A stretch of 64,000 bases of DNA, from NCBI RefSeq assembly GCF_006345805.1, contig NC_043010.1, forward strand, positions 26,660,001 through 26,724,000. The letters are read 5' to 3'. This DNA is from Octopus sinensis. Its lineage: Eukaryota. Below are positions 1 through 12,703 of the stretch, piece by piece (position 1 is the first letter of the stretch; each line of letters begins with the position of its first letter). Position numbers and translations under genes: made by a program. Below the pieces are notes generated by a model. That model worked only from the letters and a program-made list of their open reading frames with translations, was not told the origin of the DNA and made no database searches.

Positions 1-6
1 ATAAGT

Positions 7-420
7 GCAGGCGTGGCTGTGTTGTAAGAAGCTTGTTTCCCAATCACATGGTTTCGGGTTCAGTCCCACTTCATGGCACCTTGGGCAAGTGTCTTCTGCT
101 ATAGCCTCAGGCTGACCAAACCCTTGTGAATAGATTTGGTAAACGGAAACTGAAAGAGGCCCGTCGTATATGTGTGTGTGTGTGTGTATATATGTTATGT
201 ATGTATATGTTTATGTGTCTGTGTTTGATCCCCACCACCATTGCTTGACAACCAATGTTGGTGTGCTTACGTCCCCATATCTTAGCAGTTTGGCAACAGA
301 GACTGATAGAATAAGTACTAGGTTTACAAAGAATAAGTACTGGAGTTGATTTGTTCAACTAAAGGCAGTGATCCAGCATGGCCGCAGTCAAATGACTGAA
401 GCAAGTAAAAGAATAAAAGA
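7..420 (+). mobile_element. tRNA-derived SINE, family A (head + CCTTGGGCAAGT core-like block + internal microsatellite + GTAAAAGA tail)
   Basis: Pol III-like head (GTGGCTGTG..GGTTCAGTCCC) and tail GACTGAAGCAAGTAAAAGAATAAAAG. Near-identical copies recur throughout the window (e.g. 12245, 45925, 57652). Confidence 0.85.
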
Positions 421-1081
421 ATATATATACACATGCAAACAGGCACACACACACACACACACACCCACACATGCATGCACATGCACACACGTGCACACAC
501 TCACACATGCACATGCACACACAAGCACACACTCACACACACATGCACACACATGCAATATAGGCGCTCACGCCAACACTATATAGCCACTCTCTCATTT
601 TGTGGTTTCATCCATACTGCTTATCAAACCTGAAAGCTTCTGACTCAAACCAACAAAGAGAGTCTCTAAGTGGTTGCTTGCCCTGCTAGAAATAGCGGAA
701 AAATCTTGCTCAAATTCCAGTATCTTAAACAAGAAAGGCACACTGGACAGTGTAGTCCAGATCTCCCTAAAACGATACAAAAGTTCTTCATTGCACATTT
801 GCTCAGTTAACTTTAATCAGCAGCAATAACAACAACAACAGCTTTCTTGACCATCTTCTACCACTGGTAATCTTCCACTCAGGACCAGTGGAGCTTTTCT
901 ACCAAGCCCTCTTCATCCATTCACCTTATTTAACCACACCTGTAAAACCTCTCCCCCTTTATACTTAAGATAATATTTTTTATGCTCATCTGCTTCCTTT
1001 CAGCTGGCTTGTATTTTATATTTACATGCAGAATATTTTACATAGATAAAAATATTAATATTTCTAAATCTAAAAATATTA

Positions 1082-1310
1082 ATATTTCTAAATCTCTCTA
1101 AAGGAGACTACGGCAGCAGTACTGGATATTAATAGTTATTGCCAAACTAACGTGGCAGTCCAGAGAAATTGGACAAAAGCTGCTGTTGATTAGCTCCAAG
1201 AAGCCATCGTCTCTAGCTAGCTATGTGACACACAAACCTGTGACCATTACAACCTTCAAACAGGGGAGGTCAGCAGCTTCCCCTTGCTGGTTCAACATCC
1301 ACAGAATTTT
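1082..1310 (-). mobile_element. Truncated divergent member of the retrozyme-like family at 7298-7874 and 48929-49627
   Basis: Shares ordered blocks with the other two loci: TTCTAAATCTC, GCCAA.CTAACGTGGCAGTCC, GCTG..TTAGC, CCTGTG.CC.TTA, AGGGG. No intact HHR seen. Confidence 0.55.
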
Positions 1311-2090
1311 GCTTGTATCTTCATCTTAATTCTTTGTTTGTCTTGATCCCACTCTCATCTCGATCTCTAATCCATCTTGATCCTATGCACAACATGATCT
1401 TCTACACATCTTGGTCCTACATTTGTCATAATCCTATGCAAGTCTTAATCCTAATCGTACTTTGATTTCATGTTGATCATCATTATCATCATTTCATGTT
1501 GATCATCATTATCATTATCAAGATTATCATTATCTCGTATACAGGGTTGGCCAAACGTCACCTGACAGTAAATCAAAACCATTTAATTCCAAGATTTATT
1601 TATGTGAGCATAGAAGGTGGACATTATTAAGTTCATTCAACAATTGAATGAATTTAGTAAAAACATCTAAATATGAAACATCATGAAAATAGTTCAAACA
1701 GAAGTCGTCCTTGAGTGACACATTTTTCCATTTGTGTCAATACAGAACTACAGATAGTATTTATGGAATCTTGGTTTACTGTCAGGTGACTTTTGGCCAG
1801 CCCTGTACATCTTGATCTCACACTCATTTTCATCATGTGCTTATAATGATCCTCCACACACATTAATAATATGTAGGATCACTTGACCCTACTTAGATCT
1901 ACACAGACACCGAATCTATGTTCATCTTAGCTCCATGCAGATCTTGATCCTAACGCACCATGATCTCACATACATCTTGACGATATGCTTATTGTGATCC
2001 TACACAGACCTTGATCTGACATTTACCTTGATCCTATGCAGCAAGTCTTGATCTTTAATACTCTTTGATTCTACACACATCTTAATCACC
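1310..2090. repeat. Degenerate minisatellite (CTTGATCC.AC.CA-like units), interrupted by a MITE
   Basis: CTTGATCC/CTTAATCC motifs recur on both sides of 1542-1805. Confidence 0.5.
1542..1805. mobile_element. Tc1/mariner-type MITE
   Basis: TIRs CAGGGTTGGCCAAACGTCACCTGACAGTAAA / TTTACTGTCAGGTGACTTTTGGCCAGCCCTG, flanked by TA on both sides. Confidence 0.85.
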
Positions 2091-2147
2091 AAGTTTTGTT
2101 ACAGCTGGAATCCTTTCTTGTCATTGATTTTGCTATAACAGGTCATT

Positions 2148-2359
2148 TACTCTTTTTTACTCTTTTACTTGTTTCAGTCATTTGACTGTGGCCATGCTGG
2201 AGCACCACCTTTAGTTGAGCAAATCGACCCCAGGACTTATTCTTTGTAAGCCTAGTACTTATTCTATTGGTCTCTTTTTGCCGAACTGCTAAGTTACGGG
2301 GACATAAACGCACCAGCATGGGTTGTCAAGCGATGTTGGGAGGACAAAAACAGACACAC

Positions 2360-2422
<63 letters not shown>

Positions 2423-2552
2423 TACACACATATATACAACGGGTTTCTTTCAGTTTCCATTTACCAAATTCACTCACAAGGCTTTGGTCGGCCTGAGGCT
2501 ATAGTAGAAGACACTTGCCCAAGGTGCCATGTGGTAGGTAAGCAAGCTACTT
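2148..2552 (-). mobile_element. Family A SINE, 3' part; its head resumes at 4563-4593 after a 2-kb insertion
   Basis: Consensus ...GCAAGCTACTT|ACCACACAGCCACTCC is split between 2552 and 4563. Confidence 0.85.
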
Positions 2553-4562
2553 TATTTCATTAAGATTTGCCATAAAGGCATTACAAAGAATAGCTTGTGG
2601 GCTGGACATATACATTGATGAGGTGAATGATGAAACAAGGATGATATTGATGAGAGAAGGCAGAAAACGCCCACCGATTTTCTGCTTCTCTAAAACATTG
2701 TTTTTTTTTCCATCAAAAACGACAATTATTGGACTTAATAGTCCATTACAAATATATATAATAAATTATTCAATATACACACAATCTAAAAGATCAATCC
2801 TCCTCATCGGAGCCCCCAAGCAAATGACATGTCGCCTGCAGGAAAGCCTGCATCGGCAGGTCGGGGCCCGGAAATAGGAAAGCAAAATCTTCCTTATTAC
2901 AGGTCAGTATCACCTCGAACAGCTCCCTCTGACTCACGACGTCCGCAGCCACCTGCAGAGGCCAGTTTGGACAGTCTATACAAACCGAGTCCAATCGTTC
3001 TTGGCCTGGAAGCCCGTCCAAGCACTTCTCGACAGGCCCTTCCCTGAGATAGAAAACGACGGGTTTCACGTCCTCCTCACGGGGAGGGGCCTCAGCCCAC
3101 TCTGTCAGTGGCACAATTCCCACTGACAGAGCCTCTCGCTCCGGTGGCACACCTTCCACCAGAGGAGCATCGGATTCCGTCGGCAGCACAGCGATATCCA
3201 CCGACAGCCTCCCGTTTCTCTTCCATCTCTTTTTCTTTCTTATGGGTGTGGGAGTCGGAGCCTCCACCGGCACAACGAGGGGCGGGTCCTCCTCCTCTCC
3301 CACAACCTGCGCGTCTGTTGGTGAGCAACCATTGTTGCTCACCTTTCTTTTCCTTCTCGTTGAGGCCAATGCCTCAATGACTTCCGCCGTTTCTCCCTGC
3401 AATGGGAGTGCGGAGGACACCTTCACCTTTCCCTGCTCCGGGACCTTACCATGGCCCTGGGGGCAGTCCTTCTTAATGTGGCCTGACTCCAAGCATGAGT
3501 AACACATGGGGGGCGACCCTCAAGTATCATTGGATACCTTGAGTCATCCATTTTTTAAAAATCCGGGAAAGTCATTTCACCTGCGGGCACTGGGGTCCAT
3601 AGGGTCAAAGTTGCCTTTGCACCCTCCCAGTCGACCGCAGGCTTTATCTCTGTATTTAAAAGCCTGGGCCCGCTATCCCCCAGGCCCCACCAGATGGCAT
3701 CTGCAATCCACCTCGCTTCGGTGCCCGGGGGTACACCACATACCCAGGCCATTATCACCTTCTTCCCACGATATGTGGGAAGAAACAAAATCTCCTCCCC
3801 TTCCAGGGGCTGGCCTGCCACAGTGCAAGCCTCCTCAGGAGTGTCGAAAAGCAGCCACACCGTGGCATATTTGACACCCCTGGTTACGTAATAATTTTTG
3901 GCTGGCAAACATTTTGCCAGCTCTTTATTAATAATACCCTTGTCGAAGAGGGCGATGGCATCACGCGACCTAGAATAGGTCCGTAGTACCACCGTCCTTC
4001 TTTCAAGGCTTTCAGTCCATTGCTTAGGTGGGACCACCTCCCATTCTAAGGCACTTTTGCATTTGCCATGTTAAAAATCAATTCAAAAGAAGAAGGAAAA
4101 TCCTAATAAATTAACGAGTCCAAAAAGAAATAAACAAGTCAGTTAAAAAAATGAATAAAAATAAAATTCAAAAGAAACACAAAAACAGCTCCAAAAAGAA
4201 AGAAAAACAGTTCACACAGCAAACATCAATGGCCAACAGGTACTCCTGGCCAACTTCGTAGGTTCAATGGAATTCCAACAAGTTTCAACGGCAAAGTCCA
4301 GTAAGCTCCCAATAAAACAACAAACAGCAGCCGCTGGCAGCAGGCAGAATTGCCTCAGAGCTGGGTGAAATTTATCAACAAACAAACAATTACTATTTGG
4401 CAAATTACACCCAGCTCAAACGAAAACAAAACCACCTACCTCGATGAGCTTATGCTGCCGTCGTTCTTTTTTCTTTCAGTTCAATATTGGACAGAGCCAA
4501 CACACTCATATCCACCTTGGTTCACTGTAATAAGCAACATCAACCCACATGTGCGGGAAGCT
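2553..4562 (-). mobile_element. Retro-insertion carrying only an ORF1/gag-like gene (HAL1-like), 8-bp TSD AGCTACTT
   Basis: TSD at 2545-2552 and 4563-4570 inside a SINE. A9 tract about 85 nt after the ORF stop (T-run 2701-2709). No RT or endonuclease. Confidence 0.75.
2794..4069 (-). pseudogene. L1/Tx1-like ORF1 protein with CCHC zinc knuckle (~425 aa when reconstructed)
   Basis: ATG in AACATGG at 4069. ORFs 3555-4037 and 2794-3507 join via ...DF*KMDDSRYPMILEGRPP/MCYSCLESGHIKKDC (CX2CX4HX4C), followed by basic stretches (TRRKRK, RKKKRWKR). One stop and two frameshifts. Confidence 0.75.
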
Positions 4563-5029
4563 AGCTACTTACCACACAGCCACTCCTACACCTAGTGATT
4601 TAGTAATTGTCTGAGTAGAATACACACACACACACACAAGGATATATTTAAACAGATTTACTTTCATTTTAAAATGCTTTAAAAACTTGATAGATTGTTA
4701 TTTTTCTTGTTTATTGTCAGTTTTTCACCAGGAATAAACAAAACAAACAAACTATAACAAACAAAAACAGCAAATTTATATATTTGCTGGTGCCATATAA
4801 AATGCACTTTGCCCACTCTATGGGGCAGTTGGTATAAGAAGGGGCATCCAGCAATAAGTAACCATGCTAAAACAGACACAGAAGTCTGGTGCAGTCTTCT
4901 GCCTGGCCAGTTCCTGTCAAATCATCCAACCCATGTAAGCAGAGAAGGTGGATGTTAAATGATAATGATGATGATGATGTTTATATATATGTATATGTAT
5001 GCATACAGAGGCAAAGTGGTTGAGCTCCT

Positions 5030-5484
5030 TTCAAATGTTGGCCCTCACAGAGGTAATGACCCAGATCTTTGGCATTATGTTGTGCTCAAGGAGAAAACTC
5101 ATCAAGCCAAGTAAAATCGCAGTCATGGCTGATACTGGTGTCATGCAAATGGCACCTGTGCCAGTGGCATGTAATAAAAGCACCTTTCAAGCGTTGGGCC
5201 TCACGGAGGCAAGGACTGAGACCATTTGGCATTATGCGGTGCTTGAGAAGAAGATCCATCAAGCTAAGCAAAACCACAGCCGTGGCACATACTGGTGTCA
5301 CACAAATGGCACCCATGCTGGTGGCACATAAAAACACCCATTACGCTCTCGGAGTGGTTGGTGTTAAGAAGGGCATCCAGTCATAGAAACCGTGCCAAAA
5401 CATACTGGAGTCTGGGGCAGCCTTCCAGCTTGCCGGCCCTGGTCAAACCGTCCAACTCATGCCAGCATGAACAATGGACATTAC

Positions 5485-5540
<56 letters not shown>
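5030..5540 (+). mobile_element. Family C retroposon (internal GGCAC..AAAAGCAC units, tail ending in (GAT)n)
   Basis: Block GAGTGGTTGG..AGGAAGGGCATCCAG..CCGTCCAAC.CATGC.AGCATG followed by (ATG)n. Other copies at about 4810, 11900, 31655, 38140, 47268, 53960, 55086. Confidence 0.7.
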
Positions 5541-5543
<3 letters not shown>

Positions 5544-6228
5544 GATGATGATGATGATGACAATGTGTGTATGTATATATGTATGCACATCTATCTATAT
5601 TTTTTTATTGTTTCTGTTTGGTGTATTTTTAATTAGGTTACCGAAGAACTATGGCAACCTCCCAATCAACAGTTTTGGAGGAAGACGCAACTCAGTTTCT
5701 TGATCATTGCATCTCTCTGCTAGGCACTTATGATGCAAATTCCAAAGACATAGAAGCTCATATATATGAATATTTACAACAAGTCAAGGTAAACAAAGCA
5801 AAATTTCTTTTTAGATTATAATTTTCCCGATTATTAACTTCTTCAAAGATCAAAAGTTGTTTTATGTTTACATTTAAACTACGCTTCAGCCAGTTTGATC
5901 ACTGGCCAACAGCAGGTGTTATATTTGTGTTAAATAAGGGTTATAATTAAGGGTTATAATTAAATGCTTAAATATTTGAAAAGATTTCTTTTTTTTTAGA
6001 TTATCATTTTTGAAACTATTAACTTCGTATCTTTAGAGATGATAATATTTTTTGGAATATGATGTCCAATATGTGATGCAGGAATAGTTATGTGGTTAAG
6101 AAGCTCAGTTTCCTAACCACATGGTTCTAGGTTCAGTTCCACTGTGTGACACCTTGGGCAAGTGTCTCCTACAAATCTCAAGCCAACCAAAGCTTTGTTA
6201 GTAGATTTGGTAGACAGAAACTGAAAGA

Positions 6229-6462
6229 AGGCGGTGAGCTGGCAGAAACATTAGCACGCCAGGCGAAATGCTTAGCAGTATTTCGTCTGCCGTTATATTC
6301 TGAGTTCAAATTCTGCCAAGGTCGACTGTGCCTTTCATCCTTTCAAGGTTGATAAATTAAGTACCAGTTATGCACTGGGGTCAATGTAATCGACTTAACC
6401 CTTTTGTCTATACTTGTTTGTCCCCTCTATGTTTAGCTCCTTGTGGGCAGTAAAGAAATAAG
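6229..6462 (+). mobile_element. tRNA-derived SINE, family B (GCCTTTCATCCTTTC.GGGTCGATAAA domain, resembling the Meta/Sauria-SINE central domain)
   Basis: Head GAGCTGGCAGAA..GAGTTCAAATTC and tail AAAGAAATAAG. Copies at 36841, 43176, 45795, 21550(-), 48455(-). Confidence 0.75.
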
Positions 6463-6953
6463 AAACTGAAAGAAGCTTGTTGTATGTGTTTGTGTGTGTT
6501 GGTGTCTAGTTGTCTTGAGAGTATTTGATTGTTGTAAATGAGTATTTCTGTCATAGATGCAATGTCCTTCATTTCCAATCTTCTGCGAAAACATATCTGG
6601 TCATGGGAAAGTATTACCTGTCTTAGAAACAGGTGAGGGCTGGTGACAGAAAGGGCACCTGGCCATAGGAAATCTGCATTAAAGAATTCCATCTAACCTA
6701 TGGGAAAGTGAATATTAAAATGGTGATGCTGCTGCTGCTGACAGCAACAGTTTTTGGCGTTGCTTGATTCTCATCATCATTGTTCCACAACTGATGCAAA
6801 GGAGGAATTTTTATATTTCTAAATTAAGAGCAGTGCAGCAAACCTGTTGACCATTAGACCTGTGTCTCACAATTCCACTACTCACAAAACAACAAATACC
6901 AGTGGCCCTTCTTCTTCCTTTGCCATGATGTTGGGCAAGTTTTAGATGTTTAA

Positions 6954-7247
6954 CCCTTTTGTTACCATATTTCTGTTCAAATATATGTCTTGCAAACAAC
7001 TTGCACATGCAAGTGCTACCAGTCAAAAGCTCCGTATACCGGAAGCCAGTAAGTGTATTATATTATATTATTAAGCTGAAATTTAAGCAGAAATTATTAA
7101 ACATGAAATTTTGATGGTTTGGATCACTTTAAAACCGGGATTTTCTATCACAAAACTAGGATCTGTCTCAGGTTGGCATCAAAAGGGTTGGCACCAAAAG
7201 GGTTGGTATCAAAAGGGTTGGCATCAAAAGGGTTGGTATCAAAAGGG
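6954..7247. mobile_element. piggyBac-type MITE with tandemly amplified right terminus
   Basis: TTAA|CCCTTTTGTTACCA ... TGGTATCAAAAGGG|TTAA. Five 15-bp GGGTTGG(C/T)ATCAAAA units at about 7170-7247. Confidence 0.8.
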
Positions 7248-7297
7248 TTAACGGCATCCAATATTAACCTTTCCATATTTGTATTAACTCTTTTATT

Positions 7298-7874
7298 AGA
7301 AAATTACTATTCTTAAATCTCACATCGAGAGATATTCAGCAACAGTACTTTGTAGTAAAGATTGTTTGCCAACATAACATGGCAGTCCTGGTTTAGGACG
7401 AACGTTGCTGTAATTTAGCCCCAGGAGACATTGTCTCCCGCTGGCTATGCAACACGATCTGTGTCCTTATATTTTTGAACAAGGGAATCTAGCACCCCCA
7501 CTCAGCCCAAAACAATATCTGTGTATCGGGATTTCTGGGTTATTTGCCTTCATCAGCACAGAATAATTATTCAGTTAGAGGTGGTGCTGCAAAATTCCCA
7601 TTCGAAATATATAGTTTTCAAAGTGACAACTAGTCACTGATCTAAAAATGAGAAAATTACTATTCTGTACTGAGGAAGAGAAATAACCCAGAAATCGCGT
7701 TACACATATTGTTTTGAGCTGAGTATGGGTGCTAAATTCCCTTGTTCAAAAATATAAGGACACAGATCATGTCGTATAGCCAGCTGGAGATGATGACTCC
7801 TGGGGCTAAATTACAGCAACATTCGTCCTAAACCAGGACTGCCATGTTATGTTGGCAAACAATCTTTACTACAA
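7298..7874 (-). mobile_element. Retrozyme-like non-autonomous element: ~353-bp monomer plus inverted 5' arm
   Basis: Direct repeat AGAAAATTACTATTCT at 7298 and 7651 (period 353). Inverted arms 7350-7565 and 7661-7874, each containing an HHR-like fold. Confidence 0.7.
7518..7562 (-). ncRNA. Minimal type-I hammerhead ribozyme (mirror copy at 7664-7708 on +)
   Basis: TCTGTG-CTGATGA-AGG-caaataa-CCCA-GAAA-tcccga-TA-CACAGA. Stem I is TCTGTG/CACAGA; stem II is weak; stem III is near-palindromic in the second copy (ATCGCGTT). Confidence 0.6.
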
Positions 7875-8284
7875 CTTTTTTGTTAGCAAATTTCTGTTAA
7901 AATACACTGATTTTGTTTCAATTAACCTTGAAAGTAACGAAGAATTTATCAAACTAATTCTATCATTATTAAGCTGGTGTTTGGAGCATAAATTAACATG
8001 AAAATTTGATGGAAGGTTTCATTGAAAGTATTTTAAAACAAGAAGTTTGTAGGTTTATTTGAGTAGGTTTGACCTGGGGTCAAACAATAGCAACCAAACT
8101 GATTCTCAGTACATGTGCAAAATGGGGTGATGGCCACAGCTGGAAGCATATATAGAAAATACATGAGGATTTTTTTGATCATGACTTGATTTGAGTATGC
8201 TTGACCTAACTAACACCAATGAATTAGATATGGATCTCCTCTCAGTAAATATATGAGGTGGTGGCTACAGGTTGGTCTCAAGTC

Positions 8285-8700
8285 TTATGAAGAGAGGCTG
8301 GAAATGCTTGACCTTTATTCTCTCGATAAACGATGATGCTGTGGTGATCTCATTCTCGCTCACAACATCATAAGCCGAAAGTGTAACCTCTCGAAAGAGC
8401 TGTTCTTCACCCCATACTCCAGAGCGTGGGCTGCGGGGTCACTCTGAAAAGCTCTATCTATGATGATTTCATCTCAATCGAAGGAGAGGAGCTTTCTCCC
8501 ACCGGGTTCCAAATCCGTGGAATAAGCTGCCGGACGAGATACTGAAGATGCCGATGACTGCTTGGTTCAAAGTCTCTCTTGACCAGAAATGGCTTGAACT
8601 CTTTGTATGAACACCCTCCCTGTACATAACTCCATGTCCCCCTACATGGCATTGCTTTTATTTTGAGCCAAAAAAATTAAATTGAATTAAATTAAAAATT
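8285..8700 (+). mobile_element. 3' end of a CR1/L2-type LINE (decayed ORF2 C-terminus + 3' UTR)
   Basis: Conceptual translation across frames: ERLEMLDLYSL...GDLI...LRGHSEKL...WNKLPDEI...FKVSLD, matching the typical CR1-clade terminal motifs. Confidence 0.7.
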
Positions 8701-9024
8701 AAAAGAACATACATGAAAATATTTTTGATCAAAGGTCTACTCAAGTAAGTTCGACCTAGGGTTAAACAACAATAACAACTGTTATCTTTTGTCTTTTACT
8801 TGTTTCAGTCATTAGACTGTGGCCATGCTGGAGCACTGTCTTGAAGACTTTTTAGTCAAATGAATCAAGCTTAGTGCTTATATTTGTTTTTAGGCCTGGT
8901 ACTTATTCTATCAGTCTCTTTTGCCGAACCACTAAGTTACAGGGATGTAAACACACAAACATCAGTTGTCAAGCAGTGGTGGGGGAACAGTCACAAAGAC
9001 ACACATCATATATATATATATCAT

Positions 9025-9310
9025 GAAGGCACATGGCTTAGTGGTTAGGGCATTCGGTTCACAATCGTAAGGTCATGAGTTCAATTCCTGGTGATGTGTT
9101 GTGTCCTTGAGCAAGACACTTTATTTAGTACCCATATTTCAAAGGGCCAGACTTGTCACACTCTGTGTCATGTTGAATCTCCCTGAGTACTACATTAAGG
9201 GTACATGTGTCTATGGAGTGCTCAGCCACTTGCACGTTAATTTCACGAGCAAGCTGTTCCATTGATTGTATCAGCTGGGACCTTTGTCATCATATCTGAT
9301 AGAGTGTTCC
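9025..9310 (+). mobile_element. tRNA-derived SINE, family D, nested in a family A SINE (8785-9010, -)
   Basis: Head TGGCTTAGTGGTTAGGG..GAGTTCAATTCC and GTCCTTGAGCAAGACACTT. Related copies at about 39000(-), 44320(-), 58237, 40096, 41918. Confidence 0.7.
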
Positions 9311-9334
9311 TATATATATATATATGTATGTATA

Positions 9335-9564
9335 TACATCAGATGCGGCAGAATTAATGTCCTTTTGTATTTGAATTTTCTAGTTCTTAATTAAGTTTCA
9401 TTTTTTATTTCCTAAAACTTCTGTGATTTTTTACATTAGTTTATTATTTATTTCTTTAATTAATGCAATAAATTTGTGTTCAATAAAAAAATTAATTAAT
9501 AAGCATTTATATACTATAAAAGTTATTAAATGCAGAAAGGTTGTTACTTCTGCTGCACCCTGTA
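9335..9564. mobile_element. Degenerate Tc1/mariner-type MITE
   Basis: Imperfect TIRs ..GATGCGGCAGAATTAA / TTACTTCTGCTGCACCCTG|TA. Confidence 0.45.
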
Positions 9565-10104
9565 TATGACAGGCTTCTTTTCAGTTTCCATCTACCAAAT
9601 CCTCTCACAATGCTTTGGTCAGTCTAAGGCAATAGTAGAAGACACTTGTCCAAGGTGCCATGCAGTGGAACTGAACTCAGAATCATGTGTTTGGGAAACA
9701 AGATTCTTACCACACAGCCACACCTGCACCAAGTTTGTTTTAAAAATTTATAAAAAACAAAAAAAAAGCATTCTTTTTAGATAGGAGAAAAATGTGAAAA
9801 GGTCTACCGAGGACAGAGATTGAACCGTTTTTACAAGTTAACAGAGGTGGGGGTGGGGAACAACATCTTAATATTTTGTGACAGTCTTAATGTAATTACT
9901 TTTCATCAACTCCTCCTCAATCCAAAACGCATTCCCCTGCCCCAAACCCATCCACCCCATCATCATTTGCTCATTGATGTCAATTATCCACTCCAGTACC
10001 TCGTTATCATGTTCGTAGTGATTGATCTTTATATACTATTAAGAGAAAAAGGAGGAAGAAGAAGAAAATTCATGGCTTGTGAATTAATGTTGTTAGTGTT
10101 TTAT

Positions 10105-10172
10105 AATATATACACACACACACACACACGTAACTATATATATATATTATATATATATATATATTTATGTGC

Positions 10173-10220
<48 letters not shown>

Positions 10221-10317
10221 ATATATATATATATATAATAATATATATGTGTGTGTATACACACACACACATATATAAATGTATATAATATACATATATG
10301 TATGTATATGTGTGTAT

Positions 10318-10369
<52 letters not shown>

Positions 10370-10376
10370 TACATAT

Positions 10377-10449
<73 letters not shown>

Positions 10450-11812
10450 GAATAAATATAGTTTATATTCTTTTGAATTTTGTGTGGTTGTTTTTTGTCG
10501 ACTATGTTTCATTTTGTTTCGTTATTAATGTGTCCATTATTATTGCTATCATTACCATAATTATAATAATTATTGGTATCATCATCATTGTCATCATCAT
10601 CATCATCATCAACATCAGCATCATTATCATCTTCATCACCCTTCTTCATCACTAATATTTTTCCAACATTATCATCAACATCATCATCATCTTCATCATT
10701 ATGATCATTGTTATCATTAATAGTAGTAGTTTTTTTGTTATTATTTCAGTAGACCATTGAAGAGAGACAGAGACAGACAGACAGATAGACAGATGGAGAG
10801 AGAGAGAGAGAGGGAAAATGAGTGAGACAGAGAGAGTAACAATGAGAATATTAACTTGGATTGATTGATTTGATTCGATTGATCATATAAAAGCATCAAA
10901 TCAATTTTAAGATGATGGGATATATAATCCCAGATGTAAAGATGATTATCAGCGTCGACAAAATACCTCTAAAACTGTTGATTTTCTGCCAAATTGGCAG
11001 GAGGAAATGAGATCTTGAACAGACCAAAAATGTTTTCTGATATCACAATCCCAAACACAACAACAATAACAACAATAGTAGTAATAATGATAATGACGAT
11101 GATGACAGTGATGAGAATGATGATGATGACGATAACGATGATGATGGTGATAATCATAATTTTGATGATGGTGATGATGATGATGGTAGAATCTTTAAAA
11201 GATATGTAAAGGAGTAACGAAAATAGATGAAACATTTCGTACAACAATGTAAGGATGGTGTTGTTGCTGTTGCTATTTTTGTTGGATCCAAAATGATTTC
11301 TCTTTGAGTAAATGACCTGAATCTATTTAGCAGTGTACACAGTGTATGTGTTTCTGCATCACCATGTGTGTGTTTGCGTGTGTGTGTGTGTATCTGTCTG
11401 TGCATATTCATCCATCATGTCTGTCTATCTAGTTATCTATCTGTCTTTCTGTCTATCTATTTGTTTATCTTTCTATTTATCTGTCTGTCTGTTTGTCTGT
11501 CTATCTGTCTATCTATCTATCTATCTATCTATCTATTTGTCAGTCTGTCTATCTATCTATCCATCTGTCTGTCTGTCTGTCTATTTATCTATCTAATATA
11601 TATATATATGTATACATGTATGTATACATGTATGTATGTGTGTGTTTATATATATATATGTACATATATGTACACACACACACACACACATATATATGTA
11701 TTTATGTATATACATATATATATGTACATTGGCATAATATATATATTTATGTGTATATATATATGTATATATATATGTATATATATATATATATATGTTT
11801 ATATATATTATA

Positions 11813-11850
<38 letters not shown>
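10105..11850. repeat. Compound microsatellite field: (TA)n, (CA)n, (ATC)n, (GA)n, (TCTA/TCTG)n
   Basis: Read directly from the sequence. The YI-rich, poly-I and poly-M ORFs here are artefacts. Confidence 0.95.
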
Positions 11851-11853
<3 letters not shown>

Positions 11854-12151
11854 GCCAATCCACTTATGCATACCTTTCCTTCTTGGGACACAAAACTCTA
11901 CTTGTGAAGACCTGTTGAGGCAAGTGAGAATCGAAATCGATCAACATCAATGGAAATTGCAGCTGTGATACCAGTGCCGGTGGCACGTAAAAAGCACCCA
12001 CTACACTCACGGAGAGGTTGGCGTTAGGAAGGGCATCCAGCGGTAGAAACATTGCCAGATCAGACTGGGCCTGGTGCAGCCTTCTGGCTTCCCAGACCCC
12101 AGTTGAACCGTCCAACCCATGCTAGCATGGAAAGTGGACGCTAAACGATGA

Positions 12152-12241
<90 letters not shown>

Positions 12242-12244
12242 TAT

Positions 12245-12656
12245 AGGCGCAGGAGTGGCTGTGTGGTAAGTAGCTTGCTAACCAACCACATGGTACCGGG
12301 TTCACTCCCACTGCATAGCATCTTGGGCAGGTGTCTTCTGGTATAGCCCCGGGCCGACCAATGCCTTATGAGTGGATTTGGTAGACGGAAACTGAAAGAA
12401 GCCTGTCGCATATATGTATATATATATGTGTATGTGTGTATGTGTTTGTGTGTCTGTCTTTGTCCCCCTAGAATTGCTTGACAACCGATGCTGGTGTGTT
12501 TACATCCCCGTCACTTAGCGGTTCGGCAACAGAGACCGATAGAATAAGTACTGGGCTTACAAAGAATAAGTCCCGGGGTCGATTTGCTTGACTAAAGGCG
12601 GTGCTCCAGCATGGCTGCAGTCAAATGACTGAAACAAGTAAAATAGTAAAAAGAGT
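12245..12656 (+). mobile_element. Family A SINE, near full length
   Basis: Head GGCGCAGGAGTGGCTGTGTGG through tail GAAACAAGTAAAATAGTAAAAAGAG, inserted in (TA)n. Confidence 0.85.
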
Positions 12657-12665
12657 ATATATATA

Positions 12666-12703
<38 letters not shown>

